Assembly (NCBI RefSeq): GCF_009914755.1
Contig: NC_060933.1
Length of the DNA stretch: 64,000 nucleotides
Strand: one strand, 5' to 3'
From: the human T2T-CHM13v2.0 reference genome, Homo sapiens
Shown here: piece by piece, positions 1-14,800 of the stretch
Numbering within the stretch: position 1 is the first letter of the stretch
Layout: the number at the start of each line of letters is the position of its first letter
Made by a program: the position numbers and the translations under genes
The notes under the pieces: generated by a model
The model's input: only the letters and a program-made list of their open reading frames with translations
What the model was told of the DNA's origin: nothing
Database searches by the model: none

Positions 1-322
1 GTGGACCATAAGGAGTTCTGACCTGGGATGGCTTTTCTGACTGCCCCCCAATGAAAAGAACATGACTTGAGTGAGGCAGCGTCTTTCTGCTGAGGGCAGT
101 TCCCGAGGAGGGAGCCATTAGCAACCGATACTCCCAGCAGCCAGAAAATGAGGGCCTTCGCCCTGAGGGGAGATCCACCATTTATTTTATATTGTTTTTG
201 GAATATGGATATGAGAAAAGAAAAGGCAAGACTGGAAGCCCCACCAGACAGAATGAAAGCAGTAGGGCCCAAGGCACAATCCAGTGGGTTCTGTGGATGC
301 CTGTCTCCCCAGTGAGGACTGG

Positions 323-787
323 AGAAGGGTCTCTTGCAACTGCCCCACCCCATAAACAGAATTCTTCTGTGTTATACTCATCTGCTTTCACCTAGCAGAT
401 ACTTTTCCATATTTTTAAAAAGAAAGTTGTCATTTTATTCCTTCACTCATTGAACCTCTGTTATGTGTCAAGCGCTGTTCTAAACACTGGAGATCCAGTA
501 GTGAACAAAACAAAAATTCTTGTCCTCCTGAGGCGCTAGAGATTTATTTCAAGGAAAAGAAGGGTCTCTTGCAACTGCCCCACCCCATAAACAGAATTCT
601 TCTGTGTTATACTCATCTGCTTTCACCTAGCAGATACTTTTCCATATTTTTAAAAAGAAAGTTGTCATTTTATTCCTTCACTCATTGAACCTCTGTTGTC
701 AAGCGCTGTTCTAAACACTGGAGATCCAGTAGTGAACAAAACAAAAATTCTTGTCCTCCTGAGGCGCTAGAGATTTATTTCAAGGAA
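323..787. repeat. Near-perfect ~234-bp tandem duplication (323-556, 558-787)
   Basis: identical text repeated; copy 2 lacks 4 bp (ATGT). Confidence 0.95.
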
Positions 788-900
788 TTGATTCATGCAA
801 TTGTGAGGACTGACAAGTCCAAAGTCTGTAGGGTAGGTAAGTTTGAAATTGTAGGGCAGACTAGGAGGCTGGAAACTCAAGCAGGAGTTGATGCTACAGA
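770..900. mobile_element. MLT2-like (ERVL) LTR fragment
   Basis: gagatttatttcaaggaattgattcatgcaattgtgaggactgacaagtcc motif. Confidence 0.55.
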
Positions 901-1048
901 ATTTATTCCCTTTTCTACATTTTTTTAAATGACAGTTTTATTTATGGTCTTGCTGAGTACAGAATAAGAAACTATTATTTTAGCAATTTACTAAAACTTT
1001 GTTCTGATGTGCTCTTGAAGTTACTTGAGTGCATATTTTTTTCTCTAG

Positions 1049-1531
<483 letters not shown>

Positions 1532-1827
1532 TAGGGGTTATTTTGAAGAAAAAAAAATTTAATTAACAACATAACAGAATTAGTTTAATAAGTGAATTGT
1601 TATTAACATCTGTCTTCTCTTTTTAGTTAAACAAGAACACATATTGATCTTTCAAAACTTTTAATGTGATGAATAAGACCTATAAAATAATATAATTCAA
1701 TCAATGCATTTAATACCTCCTCTAACAATAACCATTTGTATTTCTTTGCACATAAGGAATACTTTTAATCTGGAAGTATCAAAATATTCAAGTCAGTTGC
1801 TCAACAAAAGAATATTTCATAAGAAAC

Positions 1828-2421
1828 TATAGGGAAGGGAAAACTGTTATTTTTTTCCTCTGCTCATCTTAGGTTCATTGAATGGGGTCCTGCAAATTAG
1901 ACTGATAAAAGACAGATTAGCAAGAGGAAAACGAAGAGAAGTTTGTTAACATATGCACCATGTATTCACATGGGAGCACTCAGAGATGAGTAACTCAAAG
2001 GAGTGGTTCCATCGTGGGTTTATGTGGCATCTTCATAAAGAACAATACATTTGCAGAGAAGTAATAAGACAAAGGAAAAAAACCTTTGAGTTTCTAGGGA
2101 TGGCCAATCACGAGGGGGTAAATCTACAGGGAAGCTAATGGACAGTAAGTGCTAGTTAGCGGGGTTTGTTTGTCTAGGCTCTTTCTGGGTGCCATCTCAT
2201 CTCCAGTGATAAGGTCATTATTCCCTTCTTGACACAGGAATGGGGAGGGACTTCTTTTCAAGGGGAATTTGTATTTTACTTTTCAGGCATAGAGAGGGAG
2301 GGCAAAGGGCTCATCCTGTGTCTGCTTTTTCTCAACTGCCTTTAGCTCAGAATAAATCCAATGCTACAGTGGCATGTTTTGGAGCATCATACTCTGAACC
2401 CCCAAACTCTGAACCCCTTCA
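1828..2421 (-). mobile_element. ERV1 LTR (MER34/MER39-like)
   Basis: minus-strand start tgaaggggttcaga...aaacatgccac...attctgagctaaaggcagttgag typical of MER4-group LTRs. Confidence 0.55.
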
Positions 2422-2511
2422 AAAGCATACATTTTTTACTTTCTGCTAATGCTTATAGCTGAAGTAGTGTCAGCAATTAAACTCTTAGATCTAAGTATGC
2501 AATCTCCATCA

Positions 2512-2840
<329 letters not shown>

Positions 2841-3434
2841 GAAATTGATGTCTATTATCCAAGACAGCATGAATCCAAACTCAGTGTTTTTTTTTTTAGA
2901 AAAATCAGAATCTATTTTTAGTATGAACCTTCTCAGTTTTTACATGTTGACAATTATTTGCCTTTTTTCAAAAGCACAGTGCATGACAAAACTAAATGAG
3001 GCTCAATATGCAGTGTTCCCTTTATCTCTTCTCACTGCAGCTGAAGTGGGACAGAAAGATGAGCGACTGCTGCCCAGAAGCCTCACCTATCCATGGAGTC
3101 CCAGGAAGCTTAGAGGAAGGGCCCCTGACCATGGCTTATCTGGGAAGCTGATGACATAGCTGGAGATTCTCCGGTTATCCTTCTGGCCAGCCTCATAACA
3201 GGATAGATTTTCTTCATATAATTTTAGGAACTTCATGTAATTTTAGGTCATCAGCTTAAACCTGAGCTTGATGAAAGCTTTCTGAAGTGGTTCATAAAAT
3301 ACCTGTAAAAATATAAAGTATATAAAGCACCATGGTGCTGCTCAGAGAATCTGCATCCTGGATACACTTAGATGCTGGTTGGGGCAGGCAGCTCCACATA
3401 GACAGCACAGCACTGACAGCTGCATGCTCCGTGA

Positions 3435-3931
<497 letters not shown>

Positions 3932-4319
3932 TCATAATACACAGTGTTTTTGAGATTTATCAGTGTTGTTGTATGTATCATAGTTAATGATTTTTATTGC
4001 TCAGTGGTATTTTATTGTATCAACACACTCTAGTCAGTTTATCCATTTCAGTAGATATTTGGGTTGGTAGATATTTGAGTTGTTTCTGACATTGGTGTTT
4101 TTCAGTGCATAGTATGGAAAAGACTGATGTAGCAGAATTTTACAGAAACACGCACATGCACACACAGAAACCGCAGTAGTTTGTAACATGGTTCCCAATG
4201 GAAACTGATGAGAAGGATGGTTTTTTCAGTATTCTCCATATAGATACACAACAAGAGAGATCTGTAGTCATCTTTGCAGTGGTCTGTTACCCAGGGAGAT
4301 ATTTTATGCGGAAGAGTAG

Positions 4320-5385
<1,066 letters not shown>

Positions 5386-5389
5386 AAGT

Positions 5390-6465
<1,076 letters not shown>

Positions 6466-8856
6466 AATGTACCCATTATTAAGTGAGACTATAGGGTACA
6501 GAAAATACATTTTGCCTGTGTCGATATATTTCTGTAGTGTCTGAAAAAAAAGTGCCTGACGCTTAGTATATGCCGGACCAATTACTTTAATGAGAGGATG
6601 GCTTTCTCTTTCCCATCTTTTACCACACTGGGCGTGGACTAAGCAAACGGGGGAAAATGCAGTAGTCAGAGGCAGCAGCAGATGGCACTGTAAAGAAAGG
6701 TGAGCATTAGATTTTGGACAAAATTGAGTAGTCTGTAGAAACCACGTGTAAAAAGCAAATGAGGCTTGCTGTAAGACATCACCATTCCCCTAGCCAGTCT
6801 CTCACCCTTAAACTGCAGGAAATCCTGGTGTGAAAGGTTAGTGCCAGTGACCAGGAAAGCTGAGCCGCTCAATTTCCCATAACCACATCAAAGCAGGGGC
6901 ATGGTTAATAATATTATCAACCTTTCTTACCTTGATGCTCTATAAGGAAATAGCTAACACATGTTAATAAGAGTTGCCTTGAAAAGATCTTGTCCTAAGA
7001 ATGCTGCAAAGCCCCTGTGAATGTGGAAATGGAGCGAGAGGATGGTGCAGGCATTTTGGCAGCATAGGTACCTTAGAGTCCTTCTTAAAAATGAAGGTGT
7101 TGACATCTTGATTCAGTTTTGAAAACTTTTTATGGTTAGTCTCCTTTGGGGATAAGTGAAAAGAGTGTGTTTTTGGGATAAGACTCTTTTCCTTTGTAAA
7201 GCCATTGTTTTAGAGTATCTGGAAACAATTCTGTGTGCTTTTTCCAGGTGGGAAACAATGGGGTGAGGGGTGGGGGTCATGCACAAACACTTATTTTTTA
7301 AAAGACTCCCCTCGCATGCAACACTTCTTGGGAAGCCACTGCATAGTTTTCTCCAAAAAAAGTGAATGTGTAAAGCAACAAAAAGAAATACACTGGAGCT
7401 AAGAAAAAAGGATTTGGAAAGAGAGTCAAATCCTCATTTTCATACTAAAACACAGTAAATGATATCTGAGATAGAATAATCAAGAAATAGCAATATAAGT
7501 ATGTTATTTAGCAATATGGAGACTAAGACCAAGAGAACCAGCTAAGAGAGCTAAAATTACTACTTTGCTGTGGTGGCCAAGTGTCCAGGCTTGCTCAGGA
7601 CTGTCAGTCCCACACTCTGGAAAAGTCCTCAGTCCTAGGATACAAGACATCTCAGTTTTTCATGATGGATGAGGAAAGTTGAGGGAAAAGTACAAAACTC
7701 ATAGAGCATCCTAAAAAATAGGGGCTGAGTACAGCACAGATCCCCTGCTACCATGGCCATTGCCCACTGATGTTGGCACCCACGACTTGGGGTTCCCTGC
7801 AATGGGGCATTAAGTGAGGAGCGAGTGAGGTGACTGATGTGACTTAAGGGTACAGCAGTTCAGGGAAGTATTAAGAAAAATGAAACAGAAAGAGTAAAAA
7901 TATCCCACTGTCTCATGGTACAGAAAAAAGATGTCATTGTTGTTTTCAACTAAATATAGGTAGTCTCTCTTTAGTTAGTCCTATTGTACATTCTCCTTGT
8001 TAAAACATTCACATGTATCTTGAGAATACACAATTATATGACCTACAAAATTTATTAAATGTAATAAAGAGTAAAATAAGTTGTCAGAGAATAAAAAAAT
8101 TATGAAAATATTGTTATATTTTCCTCACACATATTTTTTGTTTAATCAGCCCTACTACTAATTGCCACTGTTAACTAGTTCTATTGTTTTTGTTTAAATA
8201 ATAAATTCATCATTTCACTTTGTTTAAATGATAGCATTTATGTAACAGAAAAGTAAATAATATGTATCATTTCAAATAAACACCAATTTTTCTCATCTTA
8301 CATAACATAAAGTTTAAGTAACCCAGGTTAGCACTCTAATAATCTGGTTGCCCTCATCTGGGGAGGGAACAGAGGGACAGGAGAAATGGGAGATAACTTG
8401 TTTTCCTTTTCTAGTATGTATATAAATTATTTCATTTAAACTTAAAAATTTTAAGTGTACCATGGTTTAAGAAGGAAAATCTCTAGAACTGTTGTCACTA
8501 AAAGTACTGTATACTTCAAAATATGAAAAACGCAGACAAAGTGAGTTAAAATGAATTTGCTGAAAGACTAAGATGAAGGTAGTAGTCAAAGCTAGAAAAT
8601 AAAAATAGAGTCTGCTGAAATAAGGAGAGGAAAGGATTAGTAAATATAAGAACAGAAATCAGAGAAAGAGAAACCAACAAACCAAGCGGACAAACCAAAA
8701 TGAAAGACGATTCTTTAAAATGACTGATTAACTCATGGGAAAATCTGACATGAAAATTAATTAGCTGATAAACTAAAAATTGATACATTTGACTTAAAGT
8801 TAAAAAATTGAGTACTACAGAAGACATGCTAGACAAACTAAATATAGGAGACATAT

Positions 8857-9308
8857 TGAGAGGTGAAGGGAGCAGGACTTCCTGGGTTGAGTGGGGACTT
8901 GGAGAACTTTTCTGTAGCTAGCTAGAAGTTTGTAAAATGCACCAATCAGTGCTCCGTAAAAATGCACCAATCAGTGCTCAGTAGCTAGCTAGAGGTTTGT
9001 AAACTGGACCAATCATCACCCTGTAAAATGGACCAATCAGCACTCTGTAAAATGGACCAATCAGCAGGACATGGGCGTGGAAAATAAGGGAATAAAAGCT
9101 CGGCCACCCCAGCCAGTAGTTGTAATCCAGTCCCCTTCCACCCTCTGGACTGTTTGTTCTTTTGCTCCTCACAATAAATTTTGCTGCTGCTCTCTCTTTG
9201 GGTCAGTGCCACCTTTAAGAGTTGTAACACTCACCATGAAGGTCCACGGCTTCATTCTTGAAGTCAGTGAGATCACGAACCCACCCAAAGGAACCAACTC
9301 CGGATGCA
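8857..9308 (+). mobile_element. Solo LTR12-family (ERV9; LTR12F-like) LTR with ATAT target-site duplication
   Basis: TG...CA termini; ATAT at 8853-8856 and 9309-9312; five CCAATCA repeats; GAATAAAA TATA-like box; AATAAA. Confidence 0.85.
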
Positions 9309-10262
9309 ATATCGAGAAATAGATTTGCAACAGCAACAATAAGCAAAAGCTTGGTATAAAAAGATCTGAAGAATTCTTACACATCAATTGGACAAAAGCA
9401 GTCCAACGGACAAAACAGACATTTTAATCTTAAAAGAAGAAAACTCATGGCTCAATAATTGAATAGACATTAAACCTCACTAATAATTGGGGAAATACAA
9501 AATGAAACAAAAGGAGATCCATTCAAACTCATAAGACTAGCAAAGTATTTTAAAGGAATTTAGTATATCAAATGATGTCTGGAATATGAAAAAGCAGAAA
9601 TTCTCATTTTGCTAGTGGAAGAACCACTCAAAAGAGTAGTTTGGCAACATATAGAGGAGTTAGAAACATCTTTTCCTTATGACCAAGAAAACACCTGAAA
9701 AAAAACTTGCACATGTGTACCAAAAGATGTGCACAAAAATGTGTTCATAGCAGCAGTGCTATTCATAAGAGGGAAAAGCCCCAGGGACATGCAAAAATGT
9801 CTAAAAGAAGAAACAGATGAATAAATTATAGTCATATAGTAGAATATTTCAGTAAATAAGAGAAATGATCCAGAACCATGTGTATCAACATGCATACATT
9901 TTACACAAATAAAATGGATAAAAATGTTTCAAAATGAAACATAAGGTGTGTTCCATTTATGTAAATTTTAAAGTAAATTTTAATTGAAATAATGGTATAA
10001 ATATTAAACCGTGCAAAATAATATTTTGCAAACAGAATAAGGCTAAAAAAATACCAAATTCAGAGTAGTGGCAGCTTCTGGGGATTGATGTAGGGGAATG
10101 AGGCTTAGAAAATTAAAAATAGAGATTTCAACGTTCTCTCCAATGGTTTTATGTTCTTTGATAAATGTGTCCGAAATGAAATGTCTAGATTTGTTTTTCT
10201 GTGTAATAAGTACAAAAGTATTTATGACATTATTCTCTGTATCTTTATTCTCTGTATCTCCC

Positions 10263-10361
10263 TATAATTTTTAATTATAATTTAATTAAAAATTAATTAA
10301 TTATAATATAATTTTTAATTATAATTTAATTAAAAATTAATTATAATTTAATTTTTAATTA
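10263..10361. repeat. 99-bp pure A/T tract with tandem palindromic units
   Basis: TAATTTTTAATTA-TAATT-TAATTAAAAATTA occurs twice. Confidence 0.9.
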
Positions 10362-10980
10362 CAGGTGTGAGCCACCGCACCCAGCCCCAAATTATTTTCA
10401 ATGCCACTTTGGTCATATATAAAATTTCCTTATGATTGTGATTCTGTTCCTTAGCCTCTATTCTCTTCTCTTATACAACCACTATCTTTGCTCTATTATC
10501 ACCTATCAAATTTATTATAAACTTAAATCATGCCCTCTCTGTGCTAATTTTTGCCTTGTTCTCCTTCAAAATTGTCTTGGCTATGTTTGGCCCTCTTATC
10601 TTTCATATAAAATTTAAGATATTTTTGGAATTTCCATAAAAATGTCATTATTTTGACAGAAATTGTATTGCATATATGATCATATTTGAAAACCAAAATC
10701 TTTATGTTACTGTCTTCCCATCCATGATCATCTATCATAACTTTATTGTTTTTCTTTTAATACCTCTGACTAAAGTGTTATATATTTTGAACAGTCTAAA
10801 TTTATCATGCCATGTATATAATAGATTGATCATGTGTTTGTTATTCTAAGTATCTTTTTAAAAATCTACTTAATGTAACTTTTTGCTGGTATATAAAAAT
10901 GCAACTGATTATTCCTGGTATGTTTTCCTCTGACTACTTTTAAGATCCTCATTGTCTTTAGTCCTCCCCATCTTATTATG

Positions 10981-11270
10981 TTTTTTTTGAGACTGAGTCT
11001 TGCTTTGTCACCCAGGCTGGGGTGCGGTGGCGTGATTTTGGGTCACTGCAACCTCTGCCTCCCAGGTTCAAGTGATTCTTGTGCCTCAGCCTCCTGAGTA
11101 GCTGGGATTACAGGTGTGTACCACCATGCCTGGCTAATTTTTGTATTTTTAGTAGAGATGGGGTTTCACCATGTTGGCCAGGCTGGTCTCGAGCTCCTAA
11201 TCTCAAGTAATCAGCCTGCCTTGGCCTCCCAAAGTGTGAGATTATGGGCATGAGCCACCATGCCCGGCCT
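10981..11270 (-). mobile_element. AluS
   Basis: reverse consensus. Confidence 0.93.
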
Positions 11271-11943
11271 AAGATGTGTGCTTTTTATTTCACGTTTTTA
11301 ATATGTTTTTGTGCCCTATGTTCTTAATACACTCTGAAGCACTGTCAGTCTTCATCTCACACCTAGAGTTGCTCTGTTTTCCCAGGCTCCTCGTTTTTTC
11401 CCTCAAAGCTACTCCTTTTCCTTTGCTATCTATCATTTATACAATGTCCAGAGTGAGATTTTTAAAATGCAATTCAGATAATATCATGCCCCTGCTTAAA
11501 AGCCTGGGAACGATTTCCTTTGCATTTAGGGTTCTTAAAAAAATCTTTATAGTAGCTGACGAGGCCCAGCCAATGTCCACACCCTTTCTTTGGCATCCTC
11601 CTTTGTTTTGTGATTTAGTCCCACTGACCTCCTTCAAATTCTTTCCAAAAAATTCCGGTCAGGCCATTCACTCTCTGGTCTGTTTGGGCCACTGCTCCTC
11701 ACTCACCGTACCTGCCTCATTTGTCTTTATTCTTCATGTTGGAGCTAAAGTATAACTTTCTTAGGTGACTTTCTCCATGGAACCTACTATTATAATTCAC
11801 TGTCCTTGTTAAACTCCACATAACACCCTGTTTTTCCTTTATAGAACCTACTGCATATTGTGATTATATGTATATTTGTGATTACTAATTTGTTTCTTTC
11901 TCCTTCCTTACCACAAATCTTAAGACAAAAATTAGCCTTTTAA

Positions 11944-12250
11944 GGCCAGGCATAATGGTTCATGCCCGTAATCCCAGCACTTTGGGAGGCTGAGGCGTGC
12001 CGATTATGAGGCCAGGAGATCGAGACCATCCTGGCTAACGCGGTGAAACCCCGTCTCTACTAAAAATACAAAAACATTGGCCGGGTGTGGTGGCAGGCGC
12101 CTGTAGTCCCAGCTACTCAGGAGGCCGAGGCAGGAAAATGGCGTGAACCCAGGAGGCAGAGCTTCCAGTGAGTCGAGACCGTGCCACTGCACTCCAACCT
12201 GGGCGACAGAGCGAGAGTCCGTCTAAAAAAAATTAAATTAAATTAAAATT
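11944..12250 (+). mobile_element. AluY
   Basis: gagatcgagaccatcctggctaac and ggcgtgaaccc diagnostics. Confidence 0.93.
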
Positions 12251-12387
12251 TTTTAAAAATGAAGAAACAACCAGAGAATGGAAGCAAGTATTTGCAAACT
12301 ATGCATCAGACAATGGGTTCATCCACAAAATATATAAAGAATTCAAACTACTCAAAAGAAAAAATACAAACGATCTTATTAAAAAAA

Positions 12388-13330
12388 TCTACCCAAAACC
12401 TTTGTCCCCCACCATCATTTCCCTACACCTTCTTTTCCCGACCACCTTTGACCCCCTCCCTCTGGCCACCCTTTTTCTTCCTCCATCTGCCCCCAAACTT
12501 CTTCACCATTTTTCTCCACCATCATTTCGCAAAGCCTTCTCTACTCTCCTGCTCAACACCCTTTTCCCCATCCACCGACCCAAACCCTTTCCCCACTGTT
12601 TCTTCCCACCGTCTTTTCCTCTTATCCCTGGCCACCCTCTTTTTACCCTTCCCGCATCACACTCTTTTGCTCCTTCATCTAAGCAAAAACATTTTCCCCC
12701 GCCTTTTCCCAAAACCTTCTCCCCACTCCTGCTGCTCACCACCGTCTTTTCCCCCTTCATCCACCCAAAAACTGTGTTCTTCATCGTCTTTCCCCCCGTT
12801 CCTCCTTGCCATTTCTCTTTCCCTTCTCCATCTACCCAAAAACATTTCCCCCATCTTTTCACAAAGCCTTCTCCCCACTGCTGCTCATCTTCCTCTTTCC
12901 CCCCTCCATCCACCCCCCAAAACTTTCCCCACCATCTTTTCAAAGTCTCCCCCCTTTACCACTCGTGCTCTTCTTTCCCCAATCCTGCTTGCCATCCTCT
13001 TTTTTGTCCTGTATCTACCCCAAACTATTTTCCCGTCGTTTTCCCAACCCTCTAATCCCTGCTCCCTCTCCCCACCCTCTTTCCTCCTCCTCGTCACTCT
13101 CTCCCCCCTCCATCTATCGAAACACTTTTTACCCACCGGCTTTCTGCAAAACCTTCCCTCCCTCCCGCTCCCCACCCTGTTTTTCTGCCTCCATGTACCC
13201 AAAAACTTTTTTCCCCACCATCTTTTCGCCGCCATCTTTTTGCAACCCCTTCTCCTGCTATCCTTTTTTTCCCCTTGGCATTAACTACCCTCTTTACCCC
13301 CCTCCAACTATCCCAAAACTGTTTTCCTTC
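12388..13330. repeat. C/T-rich degenerate tandem array, ~11 units of 70-115 bp anchored on CATCTACCCAAAAAC
   Basis: anchor recurs at ~12388, 12484, 12568, 12676, 12758, 12829, 12907, 13012, 13111, 13192, 13308. Confidence 0.75.
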
Positions 13331-13339
13331 TTCTACCTC

Positions 13340-13940
13340 TCCAGCCGCGCCATCTCCATCGCTGCCAACAACCGCAGCGAGGCAAGCCACGCTCCCGCGT
13401 CTCCAGCCTCCAGCATACGGCCAGTGACTCCCGATTCCTAGTCCTCTACGCCGGGATGCGACCACCTCGACACGTCAGTACGGGAACCTGAAAAGACCAG
13501 ATTTCTTTTCAGCATCATTTATATACTGCCGTTATGCCCACGGAGGATCCTGGACTGCATGTTTTGATTGGATGAGAAAAAAACCTCCAGGCTTACTCTG
13601 ATTGGACTTCATGATCATGTTCTGATTGGATGAGAGCAAGTCTTAACAACCAACCACAGCATGAAAATAAAGTCCAATCAAAGTAGGCCTAGAGGTTTTT
13701 CTCTCGTCCAATCAGAACATGTAGTCCAGGAACCGCTTTTGCATAACCTCAGTAGATAAAGCATGCTGAGGTCATGTCAGATCATTTCAAGCTCTTCTGT
13801 GTCGAGCTGAGGAGCTGCTCTGTGCCCGGCTTACAGAACTGGAAGGGGGAGCCACCTTCCGCCTGATGGAGGCTGGAGAACGGATGGAACCTGGATCCCT
13901 GGAGCCTGGGACACTACCTCGCTGCGGTTGGTGGTGGCCA
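13340..13940. promoter_or_regulatory. Palindromic bidirectional promoter-like element, axis 13639/13640
   Basis: ATTGG at 13567, 13601, 13625 mirrored by CCAAT 13708, CCAAT 13674, CCAAC 13650; TATATAAA (- strand, 13525-13518) mirrored by TAGATAAA (+, 13753-13760); CpG-rich flanks. Confidence 0.7.
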
Positions 13941-14149
13941 CAGACCAGTAGGAGGGCGGCTGGCAGCGGGAGCTTCTTCTGCCGGGCTGGAGGACTAGGA
14001 GAAGGGAGAGGGAACGCCACATGCTGGAGGCTGGAGCCTGTGCCACCGTGGCTCACCTCGATGTGGTTGGTGGCAGCTCGCCTTGCTGTGGTTGGTGGTG
14101 ACGTCGGAGACTGCAGCTCGGCCACAGTGGTAGAAATGTGTTGGGGTAG
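13785..14149 (+). ncRNA. Putative first exon of a + strand lncRNA driven by the palindromic promoter
   Basis: starts ~25-30 bp after the TATA-like box; ends at strong donor TAG|GTGAGT (14150); no convincing ORF. Confidence 0.35.
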
Positions 14150-14154
14150 GTGAG

Positions 14155-14800
14155 TGTTCCGGGGCTGCCCTGTACGTCTCTGGGGGCAAGGGTTGGGTGT
14201 CCTATTGGGGCTCACTGCTAGAGGCTACACTGCCTGTGGTAGTGGTCTGGTTGGGGGCACTCTCCGGGGTTGCATTGCTGGTGGTGGGGCAGGTTGACTG
14301 GCTATCTGGGGCTATGCTGCCCGCGGTGGCAGGAGTGGTGGCGGGAGGCAGGTTGTGTACACTAACGTGTACTGCTGGTGGCTGGGGAAGGGTTAGGGGT
14401 GCTATCTTCTGCTGCACTTCCCGCAGCAGGGGGTGGGTTGGGTGGCGTTACCCAGGGCTACAATGCTGGCAGTGGGGGGTGGTTTAGGGGCGTTGTTGGG
14501 TGCTGTACTGCCTGTGACTGGGGGGTGCGCCATCAGGAGCTGAACTGCTGGGGTGGAGTGGGGGGAGGCGGGTTTGGGATGCTATCCAGTGCAGCAACAC
14601 CTGTGGCTGGGTCAGATTGTGGGCACTATCGGATGGTACACTCCCTGCGGTGTGGGGGGAGTGCTTTGGGGGGGAGTATTGGGGTTACATTGCCTGAAAC
14701 TGTAGGGTGTGTTGGATGTGCTATCTGGGGGCTACACTGCTAGTGGCAGGGGGCAGATTAGGGGTGCTACGGGGGCTACACTGCCAGCGGTGCTGGCGAG
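14155..14800. repeat. G/T-rich degenerate repeat with recurring GGGGCTACACTGC motif
   Basis: about 9 variants of ggggctacactgc visible. Confidence 0.6.

Noticed and set aside
12259-13465. Long ORFs (341, 217, 211 aa and reverse-strand ones)
   Set aside because: Products of a stop-poor C/T low-complexity array; P/F/S/L-biased in all frames with no family resemblance.
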